This document shows, in pieces, positions 9,216-19,024 of a stretch of DNA of 64,000 nucleotides (its first letter is position 1; each line of letters opens with the position of its first letter). The notes beneath the pieces are model-generated. The model made no database searches and was not told the origin of the DNA. It saw nothing but the letters and a program-made list of their open reading frames with translations. Position numbers and translations under genes: made by a program. The stretch is from Candidatus Omnitrophota bacterium (GTDB taxonomy: Bacteria; Omnitrophota; Gorgyraeia; Pluralincolimonadales; Pluralincolimonadaceae), in NCBI GenBank assembly GCA_041653595.1, contig JBAZFB010000003.1, forward strand, positions 346 to 64,345. The letters are read 5' to 3'.

Positions 9216-11989
9216 ATTATAAAGACACGCTGAACCTGCCCAAGACGGATTTCCCGATGAAGGCCGACCTCCCGAAGAGGGAGCCGGAGATGCTGAAATC
9301 CTGGCAGGATAATGATATCTACGGCCGGATAAGGAAGAAATTCGCCGGCAAGCCGAAGTATATCCTGCACGACGGGCCGCCGTATGCCAACGGCGATATC
9401 CATATCGGCCACGCCTTGAACAAGACACTTAAGGACATAGTCGTCAAATATAAGACGATGCGCGGCTTCGATTCGCCCTATGTCCCGGGATGGGACTGCC
9501 ACGGGCTTCCGGTCGAGCACGCCTTATTTAAAGAGCTCAAGATATCAAAGGGGCAGATAGGCCAGCTTGAATTCCGTAAGAAGGCCGCGGATTACGCGCT
9601 CAGGTTTGTCGGGACGCAGAAAGAGCAGTTCAAGCGCCTCGGGGTGTTCGGCGACTGGGACGACCCGTACCTCACGCTCAAGCCCGAGTATGTCGCCGGG
9701 ATCATACGCTCGTTCGGGAAACTTGTCGAAGGCGGTTATGTCTATAAGGGGGTAAAGCCGGTCAACTGGTGCGTGCGCTGCGAAACAGCGCTCGCCGAGG
9801 CAGAGGTGGAATACGCGGACCATACCTCGCCGTCGATATTCGTGAAGTTCAAGGTCATAGACAGGAGATTCCCGGACGGAAAACATTTCCTGGTGATCTG
9901 GACGACGACTCCCTGGACCCTGGTCGCGAATGTCGCGGTCGCGGTCCATCCCGCCCTCGACTACGTGACGGTCGAGGCCGGCGGAGAGCACTATATACTC
10001 GCGAAGGACCTTCTTGAGTCCGTCGCGGCCAAGGCAGGTTTTAAAGATCATAAAGTCATCTCGACCATAAAAGGCAAGGACCTCGAAGGCCTCCTGTATA
10101 AACACCCGTTCATTGAGAGGGAAGGGAAGGTAGTCCTCGCGGACTACGTCTCTAACGAGGAGGGCGCCGGATGCGTACACACCGCGCCGGGCCACGGGAT
10201 GGAAGATTACCTTACGGGACAAAAATACGGCCTGCCGACGATAATGCCCGTAGACGAGAGGGGATTATTCGACAAGACCGCCGGCGAATTCGCCGGGATG
10301 CATGTCTTCAAGGCGAACGGCGCGATACTGGAGAGGCTGATGAAGGACGGCAACCTCCTGTATTCGGGGACGATCGCGCATTCTTATCCGCATTGCTGGA
10401 GGTGCAAGGAGCCGGTCATATTCAGGGCGACGGTCCAGTGGTTCATAAATGTAGACCATAACGCGCTGAGGAAACAGACGCTCGAAGAGATAAAGCGCGT
10501 GAGATGGGTCCCTTCTATCGGCGAGAACAGGATATCGGCGATGATAGAGAACCGGCCGGACTGGTGCCTCTCGCGCCAGAGGTACTGGGGCGTGCCGATA
10601 CCGGCATTCTACTGCGAATCGTGCAAGAAACCGGTGCTCGATCCCGGCCTGATAAACCATATCGCTGACCTTATGGAAAAAGAAGGTTCGAACGTATGGT
10701 TCAGCAAGGCCGCCGAGGAGCTGATGCCCGCGGCGTTCGAGTGCCCGGAGTGCAAAGGCAAAAAATTCAGGAAGGAAGAGGATATACTCGACGTCTGGTT
10801 CGACTCCGGCGTCAGCCACCAATCCGTATTGAGGAAAAGGAAAGAACTCGCCTTCCCGGCAGACCTTTACCTGGAGGGGAGCGACCAGCACCGCGGGTGG
10901 TTCCAGGCCGCGGTACTTACCTCTATGCCAATAGAGCATAAGCCGCCGTTTAGGAGCGTCCTAACGCACGGTTTCGTCGTCGACGGCGATGGGAGGAAGA
11001 TGTCGAAATCCCTGGGCAACGTAATCTCGCCGCAGGACGTGATAAAGACGCACGGCGCCGACGTCCTGAGGATGTGGGTCGCGTCGTGCGATTACTACGA
11101 GGATATAAGGATATCGAAAGAGATAATAGAGCGCACTTCCGAGGCGTACCGCAAGATCAGGAACACGGCTCGCTTTATACTGGGGAACCTTTTCGATTTC
11201 GACCCGGGCAAAGACAGGCTCGCGCATAAAGACCTCCTTGAGATAGATAAATGGGCGGTCTCGAAGGCCTTCTCGCTGGTCCATGAGATAGAAGGTTATT
11301 ATGACGCCTTCGAGTTCCACAAGGTCTTCCGCGCCCTGTACAGCTTTTGCACCGTTGAGCTTTCCAGTTTTTATCTTGACGTTTCAAAGGACAGGTTGTA
11401 TACTTATGCGCCGAACTCGAAAGAGCGGAGGTCGTGCCAGACCGTGATCTATGAGATAGTGATGGCCCTGGCGAAAACGCTCGCGCCGGTGGCGCCGTTT
11501 ACGGCCGATGAGATATGGCAGAAGGCCAGGAGGGATGACCCGGAATCAAGCGTCCACGCTTCGCTTTGGCCCGAGGCCCGCGAGGGGTATATCGACAAGT
11601 CCCTCGAGGAGAGATGGGAGAAGATATTCGTCCTTCGTCCTTATATAATGAAGGCGATAGAGGAGAAGAGGGCCAAGGGCGTGATAGGCGATTCGATGGA
11701 AGCCTCGGTCACGCTGTATATAAAGGATACCGGTAAATACAAGTTCCTGCATGATTTCGCAAGAGAGCTCGCGGGAGTATTCCTGGTCTCGGATTTCAGG
11801 CTCGAGGAAGCAGGCAGCATGCCGGCAGGAAAAGACGGATTGCTCGAGGCCGAAGGGCTGGGCATTTACGTGGATAAGTCAGCCGGAGGCAAATGTGGCC
11901 GCTGCTGGACGTATAAAAAAGAGGTCGGAAGCGACCCTGAACATCCGGAGCTTTGCGGGCGCTGCTCAAAAGTATTAAAAGGAGAATAA
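9212..11989 (+). CDS. ileS: isoleucine--tRNA ligase
   Basis: HIGHALNK (HIGH) and KMSKS class I motifs, an editing domain, 925 aa, a C-terminal zinc motif CGRCW...CGRC, and the conserved ileS-lspA linkage. Confidence 0.95.
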   Translation: MNYKDTLNLPKTDFPMKADLPKREPEMLKSWQDNDIYGRIRKKFAGKPKYILHDGPPYANGDIHIGHALNKTLKDIVVKYKTMRGFDSPYVPGWDCHGLPVEHALFKELKISKGQIGQLEFRKKAADYALRFVGTQKEQFKRLGVFGDWDDPYLTLKPEYVAGIIRSFGKLVEGGYVYKGVKPVNWCVRCETALAEAEVEYADHTSPSIFVKFKVIDRRFPDGKHFLVIWTTTPWTLVANVAVAVHPALDYVTVEAGGEHYILAKDLLESVAAKAGFKDHKVISTIKGKDLEGLLYKHPFIEREGKVVLADYVSNEEGAGCVHTAPGHGMEDYLTGQKYGLPTIMPVDERGLFDKTAGEFAGMHVFKANGAILERLMKDGNLLYSGTIAHSYPHCWRCKEPVIFRATVQWFINVDHNALRKQTLEEIKRVRWVPSIGENRISAMIENRPDWCLSRQRYWGVPIPAFYCESCKKPVLDPGLINHIADLMEKEGSNVWFSKAAEELMPAAFECPECKGKKFRKEEDILDVWFDSGVSHQSVLRKRKELAFPADLYLEGSDQHRGWFQAAVLTSMPIEHKPPFRSVLTHGFVVDGDGRKMSKSLGNVISPQDVIKTHGADVLRMWVASCDYYEDIRISKEIIERTSEAYRKIRNTARFILGNLFDFDPGKDRLAHKDLLEIDKWAVSKAFSLVHEIEGYYDAFEFHKVFRALYSFCTVELSSFYLDVSKDRLYTYAPNSKERRSCQTVIYEIVMALAKTLAPVAPFTADEIWQKARRDDPESSVHASLWPEAREGYIDKSLEERWEKIFVLRPYIMKAIEEKRAKGVIGDSMEASVTLYIKDTGKYKFLHDFARELAGVFLVSDFRLEEAGSMPAGKDGLLEAEGLGIYVDKSAGGKCGRCWTYKKEVGSDPEHPELCGRCSKVLKGE

Positions 11990-11990
11990 T

Positions 11991-12386
11991 ATGATGAAGA
12001 TTGACAGGGAAGAACTCGAAAAATATAAGAAGATGCTCCTGAAGAAGAAAGAGGAGATGCTGAAAGAGGTCCGCGGCGTCCAGAAAGATTCCTTGAATAC
12101 GTCGCAGAGGGACGCCTCGGGAGACCTGTCGGCATACACTTTCCACATGGCCGATGTCGCTACCGACAGTTTCGACAGGGAGTTTTCCCTCGGCATCGCG
12201 ACAAACGTCCAGCAAAAGATACTCTACGCTATAGAAGAGGCGCTCAAGCGCATCGAGGATAAGGCCTTCGGCATATGCACCGAATGCGAGAAGCAGATAC
12301 CCAAGCAGCGCCTTACTGCCATGCCCTGGGCCGCCCTATGCCTCGAGTGCCAGGCTAAAGAGGATCCGCAGAAGAAGATAATCTAA
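11991..12386 (+). CDS. DksA/TraR-family C4-type zinc-finger protein
   Basis: N-terminal coiled coil plus CTECEKQIPKQRL...CLEC, a C4 zinc finger. It occupies the typical slot between ileS and lspA. Confidence 0.8.
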   Translation: MMKIDREELEKYKKMLLKKKEEMLKEVRGVQKDSLNTSQRDASGDLSAYTFHMADVATDSFDREFSLGIATNVQQKILYAIEEALKRIEDKAFGICTECEKQIPKQRLTAMPWAALCLECQAKEDPQKKII

Positions 12387-12850
12387 TGCACTCCTTTCTG
12401 AGGAAAGGACTGGCGCCTTTTATTATCGCCGCCTCGGTCGTCATCATAGACCAGGTTACCAAGGCGGTAGCGGCAGCGAAATTGACCTCCGTTGGTTCAC
12501 TCCCCGCGATCGGCACGATCGTAAATTTTACCCTTGTCAAGAATACCGGCGCCGCTTTCGGGCTCTTCAGGTACCAGACCGTAGTTTTAGTTGTCATTTC
12601 CGTCATAGCGATAGCGTTTACCATTTTCTATCTGGCAAAGAAGAAACCCGCCCTATACCTGCCGTTCTCGCTCATACTCGGAGGCGCGGCAGGGAACCTG
12701 ATAGACAGGCTTCGTTTCGGTTATGTAATTGATTTTATAGATGTGCATTTCTGGCCGGTCTTCAATGTCGCGGACTCCTGCATAACGATAGGGGCGGTAT
12801 TGCTCTTCGTGGTAATTTTGAGAGGCAAGGATGCATCCGGTACTGTTTAA
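12386..12850 (+). CDS. lspA: lipoprotein signal peptidase II
   Basis: Four TM helices, NLIDRLRFGYVIDFID and FNVADSCI motifs; follows ileS. Confidence 0.9.
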   Translation: MHSFLRKGLAPFIIAASVVIIDQVTKAVAAAKLTSVGSLPAIGTIVNFTLVKNTGAAFGLFRYQTVVLVVISVIAIAFTIFYLAKKKPALYLPFSLILGGAAGNLIDRLRFGYVIDFIDVHFWPVFNVADSCITIGAVLLFVVILRGKDASGTV

Positions 12851-13553
12851 GATAGGTTCCTATCCCGTATATTCCTACGGCGCGATGCTCGCGCTGGCTT
12901 TCCTCGTCTGCTCATTTCTCGCCAAAAGGCGCGCCGCCGCGATCGGCATGGACGGCGAGAAGGTCCTTGACCTCATGATCACCCTTATCGTATCCGGCGT
13001 CATCGGCGGCAGGCTTATGTTCGTACTTTTGGACCTAGATTATTTCAGGTCAAGGCCCCTGGATATATTCAAACTCTGGGAAGGCGGGCTCGCCTGGTAC
13101 GGCGGCCTCATCCTGGCGGTCATAAGCGGTGCGGTCTTCCTGCGAATGCATAAGATGCCTTTACTGAAGACGGCAGACCTTATAATCCCGTATATCGCCC
13201 TGGGCCAGGCGATCGGCCGCATAGGATGTTTCCTGAACGGCTGCTGCTACGGAAAGGCTACGGCGCTGCCTATCGGCGTGGTCTTCAACGCGGAACAGGG
13301 CGCGGTCCTTCCGACGCAGCTCTTCGAGTCAGTTGCTATGTTCATCGTCTATCTTATCTTAAGGAGGCGCGTCCCGTCTAACGGGAGGACGCTTTTCCTG
13401 TATCTTATCCTCTATTCTGTTTTCAGGTTTTTCATTGAGTTCCTGCGCGGCGACAATATGCTCGCCGTAATGGGATTGACCTTTTCTCAGGCCGTATCAA
13501 TAGCCATCTTCGCCGCGGCGGTGATATTATGGAAAATTATACCTTCGAAGTAG
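12831..13553 (+). CDS. lgt: prolipoprotein diacylglyceryl transferase
   Basis: GRIGCFLNGCCYG is the Lgt signature, in a multi-TM protein. Confidence 0.9.
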   Translation: MHPVLFKIGSYPVYSYGAMLALAFLVCSFLAKRRAAAIGMDGEKVLDLMITLIVSGVIGGRLMFVLLDLDYFRSRPLDIFKLWEGGLAWYGGLILAVISGAVFLRMHKMPLLKTADLIIPYIALGQAIGRIGCFLNGCCYGKATALPIGVVFNAEQGAVLPTQLFESVAMFIVYLILRRRVPSNGRTLFLYLILYSVFRFFIEFLRGDNMLAVMGLTFSQAVSIAIFAAAVILWKIIPSK

Positions 13554-14440
13554 GGCCGGAGGCGGCCTCCGCGCGCCTCGACCAATACCTCGTCTCGGTA
13601 TTGCCTAAGACGGTCTCGCGCTCCCACCTGAAAAAACTTATAGGCGCCGGGTGCATTCTCGTTAACGGCAAACCGGCCAAACCGCACCATAAGGTCAAGC
13701 CGGGCGAGAAGATAGAGGTCTCGTTCGAGGAGCCGGCCTCCCCGGAGTTGAAGGCCGAGGATATAGCCCTCAATATAATATACGAAGACGACGACATAAT
13801 AGTTATAAACAAGCAGCCGGGCATCGCAGTCCATCCCGCGCCCGGCTCGCGTACCGGCACGATAGTCAACGCCCTGCTTAACCACTGCAGGAAACTTTCC
13901 GACTTGAACGAGGGCAGGCCGGGGATAGTCCATCGCCTCGACAAGGACACGTCCGGCGTGATGGTCGCGGCGAAAAATAATGCCAGCCACGCGGAACTCG
14001 CGAGACAGTTCAAGGACCGCGCCGTAAAGAAGAATTACCTGGCCCTGGTCAAGGGCGTCGTCGAGCTGGACAACGGCGTCGTGGACCTGCCGATCGGCAG
14101 GCACCCGAGCAACCGGCAGAAGATGGCGGTCAGGTACGATTCGGAGCGGAAAGCCGTCACGGAATATAAGGTAATAAAGAGGTTCGACGGTTTCACCCTC
14201 GTCAAGCTGGACTTGAAGACAGGCAGGACGCACCAGATACGCGTCCATATGGCGTATATCGGCCATCCCGTGCTGGGCGATGAGAAATACGGCTCGAAAG
14301 GGAATTTCCCCAGGCAGGCGCTCCATTCATATTATCTCAGGCTGCGCCACCCTAAGGACGGCAGGGAGATGGAGTTCAAGGCAGACATCCCGGACGATAT
14401 GAGGAAAATGATGGGGGCCGATTTTTTTCTTGCGTTTTAA
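13529..14440 (+). CDS. rluD: 23S rRNA pseudouridine synthase, RluA/RluD family (S4 domain plus catalytic domain)
   Basis: N-terminal S4-like RLDQYL segment and the HRLDKDTSGVMV catalytic-Asp motif. Confidence 0.85.
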   Translation: MENYTFEVGPEAASARLDQYLVSVLPKTVSRSHLKKLIGAGCILVNGKPAKPHHKVKPGEKIEVSFEEPASPELKAEDIALNIIYEDDDIIVINKQPGIAVHPAPGSRTGTIVNALLNHCRKLSDLNEGRPGIVHRLDKDTSGVMVAAKNNASHAELARQFKDRAVKKNYLALVKGVVELDNGVVDLPIGRHPSNRQKMAVRYDSERKAVTEYKVIKRFDGFTLVKLDLKTGRTHQIRVHMAYIGHPVLGDEKYGSKGNFPRQALHSYYLRLRHPKDGREMEFKADIPDDMRKMMGADFFLAF

Positions 14441-14458
14441 AACCTTATTATATATAAT
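14430..14458 (+). promoter_or_regulatory. candidate sigma70-like promoter TTGCGT-17-TATAAT for the coiled-coil gene
   Basis: Hexamers read directly from the sequence. It overlaps the rluD stop and is followed by an AT-rich leader and an AGGAGG RBS. Confidence 0.3.
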
Positions 14459-14491
14459 AAGTTACAGTAGAACCCCAAAAAGGAGGAACAA

Positions 14492-15262
14492 ATGAAATCG
14501 TTCCGGCTTATCGTCATACTATTAGCTATCCTATGCGTAGTTTTTCTGGTATTTTCTTTCGTTACTTTCAGCGGGCTCCAGTCCGAAAAGAAGACCCGAA
14601 TCGCGACCGAGAATTCCCTCAAAGATTTGCAGGCCAACAAGGAAGACCTTCAGAAGCAGCTCGACGACCAGAAGAAGCTTAAGACCGATCTCGAGTCACA
14701 ACTTGCCGAACTGAAGGGTAAGGTCACCTCATTGCAGGATAAGGCCGAGAAGCTGGCCGCCCAGATCGCGGAAGAAAAGAAAGGCAAAGAGGAAGCCCTC
14801 GCCAAGTTGAGCGATAAAGATAAAGAGATAGAGGAAGTAAAGACGAACTGGGAGAGCGAGAAGACTTCCCGCGCCGCAGTCCAGGAACAGTTCGACAAAC
14901 TTCAGAAGGAATACGCCTCGGCCCAGAAGAAACTGGGTGATCTGCAGGCCACCAACCAGGGCCTCTTGAAACAGGTAGAGGACCTCCAGGCGAAAAAGGA
15001 AGTGGATCTTGAAAGGATAGTGGTCAAGCCCGGCGTTGAGGCCGAAGGCAAAGTCCTCGTCGTAAATAAGGAATTCAATTTTATAGTCGTCGCCGCGGGC
15101 AACAATAAAGGCATCACTCCGGGCGTGACATTCGGTGTCTACAGGAACAATAAGCTTGTCGCCAAGGCCACAGTCGAGAAGGTCTACGAGACGATGTCGG
15201 CCGCCAACATACTGCCTGACAGCGGTGAGATAAAAGAGGGCGACATAGCGAAAGCTATGTAA
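14492..15262 (+). CDS. hypothetical membrane-anchored coiled-coil protein with a C-terminal beta-rich domain
   Basis: N-terminal TM helix, about 150 aa of K/E/Q-rich heptad repeats, and a C-terminal VVKPG...VVAAGNNKGITPGVTFGVY segment. No family recognised. Confidence 0.7.
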   Translation: MKSFRLIVILLAILCVVFLVFSFVTFSGLQSEKKTRIATENSLKDLQANKEDLQKQLDDQKKLKTDLESQLAELKGKVTSLQDKAEKLAAQIAEEKKGKEEALAKLSDKDKEIEEVKTNWESEKTSRAAVQEQFDKLQKEYASAQKKLGDLQATNQGLLKQVEDLQAKKEVDLERIVVKPGVEAEGKVLVVNKEFNFIVVAAGNNKGITPGVTFGVYRNNKLVAKATVEKVYETMSAANILPDSGEIKEGDIAKAM

Positions 15263-15263
15263 C

Positions 15264-16550
15264 TTGAGCTCCGCCACTATAAGACCCGCCAAAAGATTAC
15301 GCGGTTCCCTGGCTTTACCCGGCGATAAGTCCATCTCCCACAGGGCCGTTATGCTCGCCTCGCTCGCTAACGGCACGAGCGTCATAAAGAATATACTCCA
15401 TTCAGACGATACCCTCACCACGATAGAGGCGTTCCGCGCCCTCGGCATCGATATTAAAGAAAGTCCTGATGAAATAACCATAATAGGCCGCGGCATTAAA
15501 GGCCTCAAAGAGCCGGCAGCCCCGATTTTCATGCGCAATTCCGGCACGTCGATGCGCCTGCTCCTCGGCATCCTGGCAGGCCAGCCTTTCGCGGCGACCT
15601 TGACCGCTGATAAGGGATTGGCCGCGCGGCCGATGCGCCGCGTCACCGAGCCGCTCTCGATGATGGGCGCTAAATTCGAGGGTAAGAACAATGCCGATTA
15701 CGCGCCGATAACCGTCCGCGGCGGCAAATTAAATCCCATAGATTACGTCTCTCCGGTCGCGAGCGCGCAGGTAAAATCCGCTATCCTCCTCGCCGGGCTT
15801 TACGCCGGCAGGAAGACCTCTGTCACCGAGCCGTCGAAGTCGAGGGACCATACGGAGCGAATGCTCAAGGCGTTCGGCGCGCGTGTTTCCGCAGAGGGGC
15901 TGAAGGTATCGGTCGAGGGCGGGGCGAATTTGCGAGCGCAGGATATAGATGTCCCCGGAGATATATCCGGCGCCGCGTTCTTCATGGTCGCCGCGACGAT
16001 AGTAAAAGATTCGGCAGTGACCCTCAAATCGGTCGGTGTCAATCCCACGAGGACCGGGATAATAGATATCCTCAATAAGATGGGCGCGAAGATCTCGATA
16101 GAAAATGCGAGGGAGATAGCTTCAGAGCCGGTCGCCGACATAACCATAGAGAGCGCTGAGCTGCGCGGCGCGACGATAGAGGGAGACCTCATCCCGCGCT
16201 CGATAGATGAATTGCCCGTTGTCATGGTCGCGGCCGCTTACGCCAGTGGCACGACTATAATAAAAGGCGCGCAGGAACTCAAGGTCAAGGAGACCGACAG
16301 GATAAGTTCTATGGCCGCGAACTTGAAGAACATGGGCGCGAAGTTCAACCTGAAGGGCGACGATATAGTAATAGAAGGCACGGGTTTGCTCAAGGGAATA
16401 ACCGCGATGAGCTTCGGCGACCACAGGACCGCGATGTCCATGGCAGTCGCCGGCCTCGCGGCAAAGGGCGATACCATTATCGACGACACCGCCTGCATCG
16501 CCAAGTCATATCCCAACTTCCTCAAAGACTTAAATTCACTTTTGGCGTAG
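15264..16550 (+). CDS. aroA: 3-phosphoshikimate 1-carboxyvinyltransferase (EPSP synthase)
   Basis: LPGDKSISHRAVMLASLA is the EPSPS signature. TTG start; 428 aa. Confidence 0.9.
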   Translation: MSSATIRPAKRLRGSLALPGDKSISHRAVMLASLANGTSVIKNILHSDDTLTTIEAFRALGIDIKESPDEITIIGRGIKGLKEPAAPIFMRNSGTSMRLLLGILAGQPFAATLTADKGLAARPMRRVTEPLSMMGAKFEGKNNADYAPITVRGGKLNPIDYVSPVASAQVKSAILLAGLYAGRKTSVTEPSKSRDHTERMLKAFGARVSAEGLKVSVEGGANLRAQDIDVPGDISGAAFFMVAATIVKDSAVTLKSVGVNPTRTGIIDILNKMGAKISIENAREIASEPVADITIESAELRGATIEGDLIPRSIDELPVVMVAAAYASGTTIIKGAQELKVKETDRISSMAANLKNMGAKFNLKGDDIVIEGTGLLKGITAMSFGDHRTAMSMAVAGLAAKGDTIIDDTACIAKSYPNFLKDLNSLLA

Positions 16551-16572
16551 GTCCGTAAGCTAAATTGCCGTT

Positions 16573-16607
16573 GACATTTATGCAGTGGTTTGGTATCCTC
16601 TTATGAT
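16573..16607 (+). promoter_or_regulatory. candidate promoter TTGACA-17-TATCCT upstream of mreB
   Basis: Perfect -35 hexamer and a weak -10. It shares the GTTGACATTT string with the gatC-upstream candidate at 58981. Confidence 0.3.
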
Positions 16608-16626
16608 ACTGGGAGGGTGGGTCAGA

Positions 16627-17703
16627 ATGAACATTTTCGATGTCTTGAAGAGGGGATTTAACAACATCTCCGGCATGTTCTCCAACGACATGGGCATCGA
16701 CCTTGGCACCGCGAGCACGCTCGTTTACGTAAAAGGCCAAGGGATAGTGCTTTGCGAACCTTCGGTCGTCGCCATACAGAAGGGGACTAACCACGTCCTG
16801 GCGGTTGGCGAAGAGGCGAAGCGGATGTTAGGCCGCACCCCCGGTTCGATAGTGGCCATAAGGCCGATGAAAGACGGAGTTATCGCTGATTTCGAAATAA
16901 CGGAGGCGATGCTCCGTTATTTTATTAATAAGGTCCACAACAGGCGAGTTTTGGTCAGGCCGCGCATGGTCATCGCCATACCTTCCGGCATTACCGAAGT
17001 CGAGAAGCGCGCGGTCAAGGATTCTGCCGAGAGGGCAGGCGCCCGCGAGGTATACCTCGTCGAGGAGCCGATAGCCGCCGCGATAGGCGTCGGGCTTCCG
17101 ATACAGGAACCCGCCGGCAATATGATAATCGATATCGGAGGCGGTACAACGGAAATGGCGGTAGTTTCGCTCTCGGACGTCGTATACTCGAAATCGATCC
17201 GCATAGGCGGCGACGAGATGGACGACGCGATAATACAGCACCTGAAAAAGACTTATAACCTCATGATCGGCGAACGCACCGCCGAGGAGATAAAGATAAA
17301 GATAGGTTCCGCTTATCCTCTCGAAGAGGAGATGACGATGGAAGTCCGCGGCCGCGACCTGGTCGCCGGCCTCCCGAAGACGGTCACGATCTCTTCCGAG
17401 GAAGTGAGGGAAGCCCTTGCCGAGCCGATCGCCGCGATAGTGGAGGCGGTCAGGATAACCCTCGAGCGCACACCGCCGGAGCTTTCCGCAGACTTGATAG
17501 AGCGCGGGATGGTCCTGGCCGGAGGCGGCGGGTTGCTGAGGGGGCTGGACAAACTCCTTTCGGAACAGACCGGCCTTCCCGTGCATATAGCGGAGGACCC
17601 GATAACCGCGGTCGCCCTCGGGACAGGGATGGTCTTAAGCGAAATAAAATATCTCAAAAAAGTTACGGTTACTACCGCTTCTAAGTCCCCTGAATCACAG
17701 TAA
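16627..17703 (+). CDS. mreB: rod shape-determining protein MreB
   Basis: [14 protein letters not shown] is the actin-fold phosphate-1 motif. mreB-mreC-mreD context. Start chosen at MNIFDVLK rather than the ORF-track extension. Confidence 0.9.
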   Translation: MNIFDVLKRGFNNISGMFSNDMGIDLGTASTLVYVKGQGIVLCEPSVVAIQKGTNHVLAVGEEAKRMLGRTPGSIVAIRPMKDGVIADFEITEAMLRYFINKVHNRRVLVRPRMVIAIPSGITEVEKRAVKDSAERAGAREVYLVEEPIAAAIGVGLPIQEPAGNMIIDIGGGTTEMAVVSLSDVVYSKSIRIGGDEMDDAIIQHLKKTYNLMIGERTAEEIKIKIGSAYPLEEEMTMEVRGRDLVAGLPKTVTISSEEVREALAEPIAAIVEAVRITLERTPPELSADLIERGMVLAGGGGLLRGLDKLLSEQTGLPVHIAEDPITAVALGTGMVLSEIKYLKKVTVTTASKSPESQ

Positions 17704-17708
17704 ACGAT

Positions 17709-18488
17709 GTGAAAAAATTCCAGAACAAACCTTTAACTGTCGTAGCCGCAGTATCCCTTGTCATTATCCTGCTGATAGCGTTTGAGTCCCTCACGAACAG
17801 AACGACCCTGGGCCTCCATTCCATCCTGCAGGTCCCCGCGCAGATAGCCTCCGCCGTATTCGAGACAGGGTTCGAGCTCCTGCATTTCAAAAGTATAGCC
17901 AATGAAAATAAAAGGTTAAAGCGCGATGTCGCGGCGCTGGGTTCGCGCGCGGCCGCGCTCGATGAGGCCGTCTCCGAGAACAGGAGGCTCAAGGGCCTGC
18001 TCTCAATGAAGGATAAGATCGGCAGGCGCTCCGTGGCCGCCAAAGTGACGGGACTCGACATCTCTAACTGGGCCGAGAGCCTGATAATAAACAAGGGCGT
18101 AAAAGACGGTATTAAGGAAGATATGGCCGCGCTGGCCGACGGGGTCGTGATCGGGAAGGTCACAGCCGTCGGCAGGGCGAGTTCCCGCGTATCCCTGGTC
18201 AGCGATCCTGAGATAAGGGTCGCGGTCGTATCGCAAAGAGGAAGGGCGAGCGGCCTGATGTACGGCATCGCGCACGGCAGGTGCATAATGAAGTTCATCC
18301 CGAAGGCCGCGGACATAAAAGCCGGCGACACGGTGGTGACTTCAGGCACTAGCGGCGTATACCCGCAGGGTTTCCTCGTGGGGAAAGTCATAGACGTAAA
18401 AATGGAATTTAACATGATATACCAGTTCGCGGTCATAGAGCCGGCGATAAACCCGATGGCGGTTGAGGAGGTATTGACGGTAGAATGA
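17709..18488 (+). CDS. mreC: rod shape-determining protein MreC
   Basis: N-terminal TM helix, coiled coil, and C-terminal MreC beta domains; follows mreB. Confidence 0.85.
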   Translation: MKKFQNKPLTVVAAVSLVIILLIAFESLTNRTTLGLHSILQVPAQIASAVFETGFELLHFKSIANENKRLKRDVAALGSRAAALDEAVSENRRLKGLLSMKDKIGRRSVAAKVTGLDISNWAESLIINKGVKDGIKEDMAALADGVVIGKVTAVGRASSRVSLVSDPEIRVAVVSQRGRASGLMYGIAHGRCIMKFIPKAADIKAGDTVVTSGTSGVYPQGFLVGKVIDVKMEFNMIYQFAVIEPAINPMAVEEVLTVE

Positions 18489-19015
18489 GTTGGCCGCGGA
18501 TCATCATAACGCTCGTCATTATTTCGGTCCTTGAGGCGGGAAGCCGCAATTACATAAAACTCCTCGGCGCAAACCCGGAACTTGTCCTTATAGGCGTGTT
18601 ATTTTTTTCGCTTAATTCCGATAAAGAGAAGGGCGCGGTATGCGGCTTCGCCGGCGGGCTCCTGGAGATGGTATTCTCCGGGGCGCATCCGCTGATATTG
18701 GTACTTTACGGCGCGATAGGCTACGCCGCAGGTTTATATAAAGAAGCGCTTTACAGGCATCTGGCGTCGGCGCAGATGATAATCGCCGCTATCGCGGTCG
18801 TCTCTTCGACCCTTATTTACGGCCTGCTTATCTCTTCGGCCGGTTTTCCTTACTATAAGGCGGTCATCTTCATTACCATACCCGTTGCGATATACACTTC
18901 GTTATTGGCGCCTCCGGTCTTCAGGGTCCTCGAGTTCTTCATGCCGTCGATAGAGACGGACTATAAAGAGATAGTCTTCAAGAAAAAGGTATTTGAGGGC
19001 AGGCGGCCTCAATAG
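18485..19015 (+). CDS. mreD: rod shape-determining protein MreD
   Basis: Polytopic membrane protein of about 176 aa; position after mreC. Confidence 0.7.
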   Translation: MSWPRIIITLVIISVLEAGSRNYIKLLGANPELVLIGVLFFSLNSDKEKGAVCGFAGGLLEMVFSGAHPLILVLYGAIGYAAGLYKEALYRHLASAQMIIAAIAVVSSTLIYGLLISSAGFPYYKAVIFITIPVAIYTSLLAPPVFRVLEFFMPSIETDYKEIVFKKKVFEGRRPQ

Positions 19016-19024
19016 GTCATAAAT

